Below are positions 59,935 through 64,000 of a stretch of 64,000 nucleotides of DNA, piece after piece; position 1 is the stretch's first letter, and every line of letters starts with the position of its first letter. The translations under genes and the position numbers were made by a program. Location: positions 2,080,001-2,144,000 of the forward strand of contig OZ243961.1 in the NCBI GenBank assembly GCA_965214605.1, in the 5' to 3' direction. The stretch comes from an uncultured Candidatus Binatia bacterium (GTDB lineage: Bacteria; Desulfobacterota; Binatia; Bin18). Under the pieces are notes generated by a model. That model had not been told where the DNA came from. It made no database searches and was given only the letters and a program-made list of their open reading frames with translations.

Positions 59935-60768
59935 TCAGCGTGACAACAGCTGGAGCAGCACGCCATGGGTATGCCTGGGACTGATCATGGCCATATCACC
60001 AGCTGTGCCTCGAATCACATTGGCTTTGATCCCTCTGCTGGTCAGGGCCTGGAGCGCGCCCTCTAGATGATCAACGTCTAGCGACAGCAGGTACATGCCC
60101 TCGCCCTTTTTGTCGATGAACTGGCCGATTGGGCTTTTGTCTCCCAGGGGGGTGACGATTTCGATTTTCGCATCCCCAATTGGCAAAAACGTATTGCGCA
60201 GCCCTAAAACCGGTACGTCCTTGGCTGCTTCCCGCTCAAGCCTAAAATTGTGCTGATAGGTCGCAACCGCCCCCTCGAGGTCCTTGACCGCAATCACCAC
60301 ATGATCGATCCGTTTGGTGGTGAAAGGCCGGTCTCGTCCTTGGCTCAGCAGAGACGCGTGCTCGGAATGATCGACCGGTTGGACGTATTCGACCAGGACA
60401 CTGCAACACGCCTGGGGGTGCAGAAAAGCGATGATCCCAGCCAGGCCGTTGCGAGGCTGCTGGTCAATCAGCCGGAGCCCCTTGTCTTTGGCCTCTTGGA
60501 GCTCGGTTTCGATATTGTCGGTCTCGAAACACACATGATGCAGCCCGCCGCCCTTTTTCTCCAGGAATCTGGCGACCCCGGAATCCGGAGTAATCGGCTC
60601 AAGCAACTCAATTTCACTGTCCCCAACAGGCAGCAGGGCGGCTTTGACGCCCTGGTCTTCTAGAGTCGCCGTTTTGCCCAGTGACAGCCCAAGGGTATCG
60701 CGATAAAACGGGTAGGCGTCTTCAAGATGACGGACAACAATGCCAACGTGGTGAATTTTTGACAGCAC
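59935..60768 (-). CDS. Methylmalonyl/ethylmalonyl-CoA epimerase with tandem VOC domains
   Basis: IHHVGIVV...IELLEP...GGLHHVCF, then a second IDHVVIAV...IEIVTP...GEGMY domain. Confidence 0.85.
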   Translation of the reverse strand: MLSKIHHVGIVVRHLEDAYPFYRDTLGLSLGKTATLEDQGVKAALLPVGDSEIELLEPITPDSGVARFLEKKGGGLHHVCFETDNIETELQEAKDKGLRLIDQQPRNGLAGIIAFLHPQACCSVLVEYVQPVDHSEHASLLSQGRDRPFTTKRIDHVVIAVKDLEGAVATYQHNFRLEREAAKDVPVLGLRNTFLPIGDAKIEIVTPLGDKSPIGQFIDKKGEGMYLLSLDVDHLEGALQALTSRGIKANVIRGTAGDMAMISPRHTHGVLLQLLSR

Positions 60769-60779
60769 TGTACTCTCTC

Positions 60780-61817
60780 CTACCCGACCCGTCTCATCTG
60801 CTCTAGAATATCGTAGCCGGTAATGGCCTTGCTCTTAGCCGCCTGTTCCGCCAGATAGGCCTGCTCAACCGTACCGGCCTGGGCAGCTTTTGCCAGATCC
60901 ATCAGAGCGATCTTGACCGTTGCTTCATCAATCATCTCTCCCGTCTGAGGGTCGGGCATTGAACCGCCGCCCTTCTCATGGTAGAGATCAAGGACACGGG
61001 TGGCATAGCCAACCTGCTCCTCGGTAGGAGTAAAGCAAGCGTTGGCGATGGCGGCCTGTTGAGGGTGGATGACCCAGGTGCCGTCCATACCGATGTTGGC
61101 CGACCCAACATTTTTCTCGCGTAGGCCGGTCTTGATCTCAGTAACTTTTTCGGGCGGATCGTCTCTGCGCCACAGCGGCAAATAGACATTGTCAATGGCG
61201 TGCAGCCCGGCCGCTTTAGCAGCGACTACGACAGCCTGCTTGGAGTAGTGAAAGTTGATGTTTTGATCTTTGACGATATCCCGAATCCCAAGGGTAGCGG
61301 CAAAGTCGGCAATCCCAAAAATCAGCCCAGCCATCCGGTCTGAGGCGCTGGCGATGTCGTAGGCCCTGACCACGGCCTGGGGGATTTCGATCAGCGCTTC
61401 GATCTGAATCCGGCTCTTCCAGCCCGCCTGTTTCTCCAGAGTATTCAGCAAGCTGGACACATATTTAATGTCATCCGACCCGTGGACTTTGGGGAGAACA
61501 AGACCGTGGAACTTGTCCACCGCCCCCAGCACAATCGCCTCTAAGTCCCCCAGGAAGAACTCTGAACGGATATTATTGGGCCGCACGGTCACGACTTTTT
61601 TACCAAAATTCAAAGTATTGAGCGCCTCCACAACACACGCACGGCTCTGGGGACCTTTGAACTCGTAGGGGCAGGCGTCCTCGAAGTCCATCATCACATG
61701 ATCAACCGGTGATTTGACCGGATCGGCCGCGTTCTGGTGAAGCTTCATCCTGTGACCGGGATAGGTCATCTCGGTCCGTGGGATAACAAAACGGTTGCCT
61801 TCATCGAGCACAAACAT
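60780..61817 (-). CDS. CitE-family CoA-ester lyase (malyl-/beta-methylmalyl-CoA lyase-like)
   Basis: MDFEDAC, VRPN, LPKV, LIE, FGIADF, GTWVIHPQQ; upstream of epimerase and ecm. Confidence 0.8.
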   Translation of the reverse strand: MFVLDEGNRFVIPRTEMTYPGHRMKLHQNAADPVKSPVDHVMMDFEDACPYEFKGPQSRACVVEALNTLNFGKKVVTVRPNNIRSEFFLGDLEAIVLGAVDKFHGLVLPKVHGSDDIKYVSSLLNTLEKQAGWKSRIQIEALIEIPQAVVRAYDIASASDRMAGLIFGIADFAATLGIRDIVKDQNINFHYSKQAVVVAAKAAGLHAIDNVYLPLWRRDDPPEKVTEIKTGLREKNVGSANIGMDGTWVIHPQQAAIANACFTPTEEQVGYATRVLDLYHEKGGGSMPDPQTGEMIDEATVKIALMDLAKAAQAGTVEQAYLAEQAAKSKAITGYDILEQMRRVG

Positions 61818-61962
61818 GGAATCCCCCTGTATGTCAGTAGTAGTAATAGAGGAATCTTGTTTAGCAGATTCGTGCCTGCTTCCCAACTGCCCTAGCCCAG
61901 ATTCAGAGTGGATGGTATGGCTGTGCGGTCACCCCTAGTAGATCCGCGTTAAGGAGATCCGT

Positions 61963-63600
61963 ATGACCGACGTACTGCGGCAGACTGAGACGATTGTAGA
62001 CGCCCTGCAAAAAGTCCGCGACGAAGCCCTCCGCCACGGCCGTAGCCTGACCAACAACGGGAAAGCCATTGACGAGCACCAAGTCCATGCCGAACGGCTA
62101 GCCTACCTAGCGACCGAGGTCGAAGCCGCCCACACCTTACTCGTCTACGCCAAGGCCGCAACCCAAAACGGCGATACTGTGATCGGCGACAAGGCGCTCG
62201 GTTTTGTGGCCGAGGTCGGCTACAAGCTCCTCGCCCAGACCGATATTCATCTGACTGACTTTGGTTTTTCCGAGGCATTTTTGGCCGATACGCTGGGCGG
62301 TGCTACGGTCAAGGCGGCCATTCGCTCAGGCGCAAAAGAGGACCGCTTTCGACTCATTGGGCGGTCCGAGTTGTCCGCTCAGGGCGTCAACAACTCATGG
62401 CTGGAGAGCGATATCGCGCTGATGACCCGTGATTCAGCGCGGCAGTTTGCTAAGACCGAAGTGGCCCCGCTTGCCGAAGCCGTGCATCGCAATGACGCGC
62501 TTATCCCGGAGCCCATTATCACCAGCATGGCCGAACTCGGCTATTTCGGCATGTCGGTCCCCGAAGAGTACGGCGGCGGTAACATGGGCAATCTGGCTAT
62601 GATTCTTGCCACCGAAGAGCTGTCGGCGGCCTCGCTGGGCGTAGCCGGCAGCTTGATTACACGACCGGAAATTCTGATCAAGGCCCTGCTACGGGGTGGC
62701 ACCCAAGCCCAAAAACAGAAGTGGCTCCCTCCGGTTGCGGCCGGACAGCTAATGGTCGCCATTTCGGTCACCGAACCCGATACCGGTTCGGACGTCGCGT
62801 CAGTGGCGTGCAGAGCTGAGCAGGCCACTGTCGGCGGTAAGGCCGGCTATGTCCTAAACGGCGCAAAGGCGTGGTGCACGTTTGCTGGGCGGGCCAATAT
62901 CATCGCTCTGTTAGCTCGGACCAATCCCGATATGAGTTCTGGGGCGCAGGGCCTGTCACTGTTTATTGTCGAGAAGGACGCTTTTGATGGGCATTCGTTT
63001 CAGATGACACAGGCCACGGGTGGAGTGATGCAGGGCGACGCGATCCCGACCCTGGGCTACCGAGGCATGCACTCGTATGTGTTGAACTGTGATCAGTACT
63101 TTGTGCCGGCTGAAAATCTGGTGGGTGAAGAAGCCGGGCTCAACAGAGGCTTCTATCTACAAATGGCAGGATTTGCCGCCGGACGCTTACAGACCGGCGG
63201 GCGGGCTACCGGTCTAGCCCAGGCCGCCTTAGAAGTTAGCGCTGGCTATGCTCGCGAGCGCAGGCAATTCGGGACCATGCTAGGCGCCTTTCAGCTCACC
63301 CAGTACAAGTTGGGCCGTATGGCTAGCCACCTGGCCGCCGCTCGGCACCTGACCTATGCGGCAGCACCGGCCATGGATAAAGACGAGTCGGCCAGCCTGA
63401 CCGCAGCCATGGCAAAGCTGCTGGCCTGTGATGCGGCCGTGTGGATCAGCCAAGAGGGCCAGCTGATACACGGCGGCTGGGGGTACGGTGAGGAGTACGC
63501 CATCTCGCGCTACGTGGTCGACGCTCTAGTCCTACCGATCTTCGAAGGCGTCAAGCCGGTGCTGGAGCTCAAGGTTATTGCTAGAACTCTGTTGGCGTAG
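61963..63600 (+). CDS. Acyl-CoA dehydrogenase, likely methylsuccinyl-CoA dehydrogenase
   Basis: TEELS..SLGVAGSLITRPEI, TEPDTGSD, GYRGM, HGGWGY, IFEG; N-terminal extension; divergent from the ecm operon. Confidence 0.8.
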   Translation: MTDVLRQTETIVDALQKVRDEALRHGRSLTNNGKAIDEHQVHAERLAYLATEVEAAHTLLVYAKAATQNGDTVIGDKALGFVAEVGYKLLAQTDIHLTDFGFSEAFLADTLGGATVKAAIRSGAKEDRFRLIGRSELSAQGVNNSWLESDIALMTRDSARQFAKTEVAPLAEAVHRNDALIPEPIITSMAELGYFGMSVPEEYGGGNMGNLAMILATEELSAASLGVAGSLITRPEILIKALLRGGTQAQKQKWLPPVAAGQLMVAISVTEPDTGSDVASVACRAEQATVGGKAGYVLNGAKAWCTFAGRANIIALLARTNPDMSSGAQGLSLFIVEKDAFDGHSFQMTQATGGVMQGDAIPTLGYRGMHSYVLNCDQYFVPAENLVGEEAGLNRGFYLQMAGFAAGRLQTGGRATGLAQAALEVSAGYARERRQFGTMLGAFQLTQYKLGRMASHLAAARHLTYAAAPAMDKDESASLTAAMAKLLACDAAVWISQEGQLIHGGWGYGEEYAISRYVVDALVLPIFEGVKPVLELKVIARTLLA

Positions 63601-63686
63601 GGGGCCGCCCTTCTGAATGCTGTTCCTCACTGGTCAAATTTTTTGCCACTTCCCCCTTGGAGCCCCCTACATTCCACCGACTCCCC

Positions 63687-64000
63687 TTAAATCAAGCTCT
63701 GATACCGCTCCATAAACCGCTGATCAATCCAATCTTTTAGCTTCCATGCCCAGCGACTGTAGGAAACGAGCCTCTTATAGCGCAGCAGCGCCCTGCCATC
63801 CGCCGTATTCAGAATCGATAAAAAACCGGACTGCGGCCTATAACGCGGGAGCGGGCTGCCGTTCAGGCTTGCAATCAGGCTCTCCCACAGCACCGGCCCC
63901 TGACGGACCGCGTATACTCCGGCTTTGGCAGTGCGGCTATAGTCAGCCAAGGTAGCACAATCGCCAACGCCGAACACACGCCTGTCGTCAAGCGCGTGCA
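63687..64000 (-). CDS. FAD-dependent oxidoreductase (SelD-associated/NDH-2-like), 3' part only
   Basis: VFGVGDCA, KAGVYAVRQGPVL, W.LKDWID.RFM; frame open to the window edge. Confidence 0.8.
   Translation of the reverse strand, partial: HALDDRRVFGVGDCATLADYSRTAKAGVYAVRQGPVLWESLIASLNGSPLPRYRPQSGFLSILNTADGRALLRYKRLVSYSRWAWKLKDWIDQRFMERYQSLI

Overview
Two-part bacterial window. About 1-24,100 is a decaying plasmid/ICE-derived defence island. It holds ParA/Rep relics with iteron-like repeats, ardC, a broken tyrosine recombinase and an intact serine resolvase, with an inverted remnant of the resolvase at the right edge. Its intact cargo is a Schlafen(AlbA_2)-GHKL-like gene coupled to a ParA-like ATPase, an MBL-hydrolase / E2-E1-JAB fusion / 4TM operon divergent from an XRE HTH + IrrE-type peptidase pair (6A-MBL-like prokaryotic ubiquitin-conjugation defence locus), a 1354-aa HigA-HTH-fused protein and an orphan DNA methyltransferase. 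Pseudogenes there include DndB-like, N4-MTase, HNH and a second ThiF/E1 locus. About 24,250-64,000 is chromosomal: a sigma54 two-component pair, ECF sigma/anti-sigma, metH, a thiolase-like/DUF35/MaoC cluster, and a hopanoid-tailoring/transport cluster (hpnI/J/K/L/M/N-like) interleaved with aminoethylphosphonate-type enzymes but no PEP mutase. It ends with apaG, HIT, yfbR and an ethylmalonyl-CoA-pathway cluster. No rRNA, tRNA or CRISPR array was seen. All family calls come from motif recognition by eye, with no database search.
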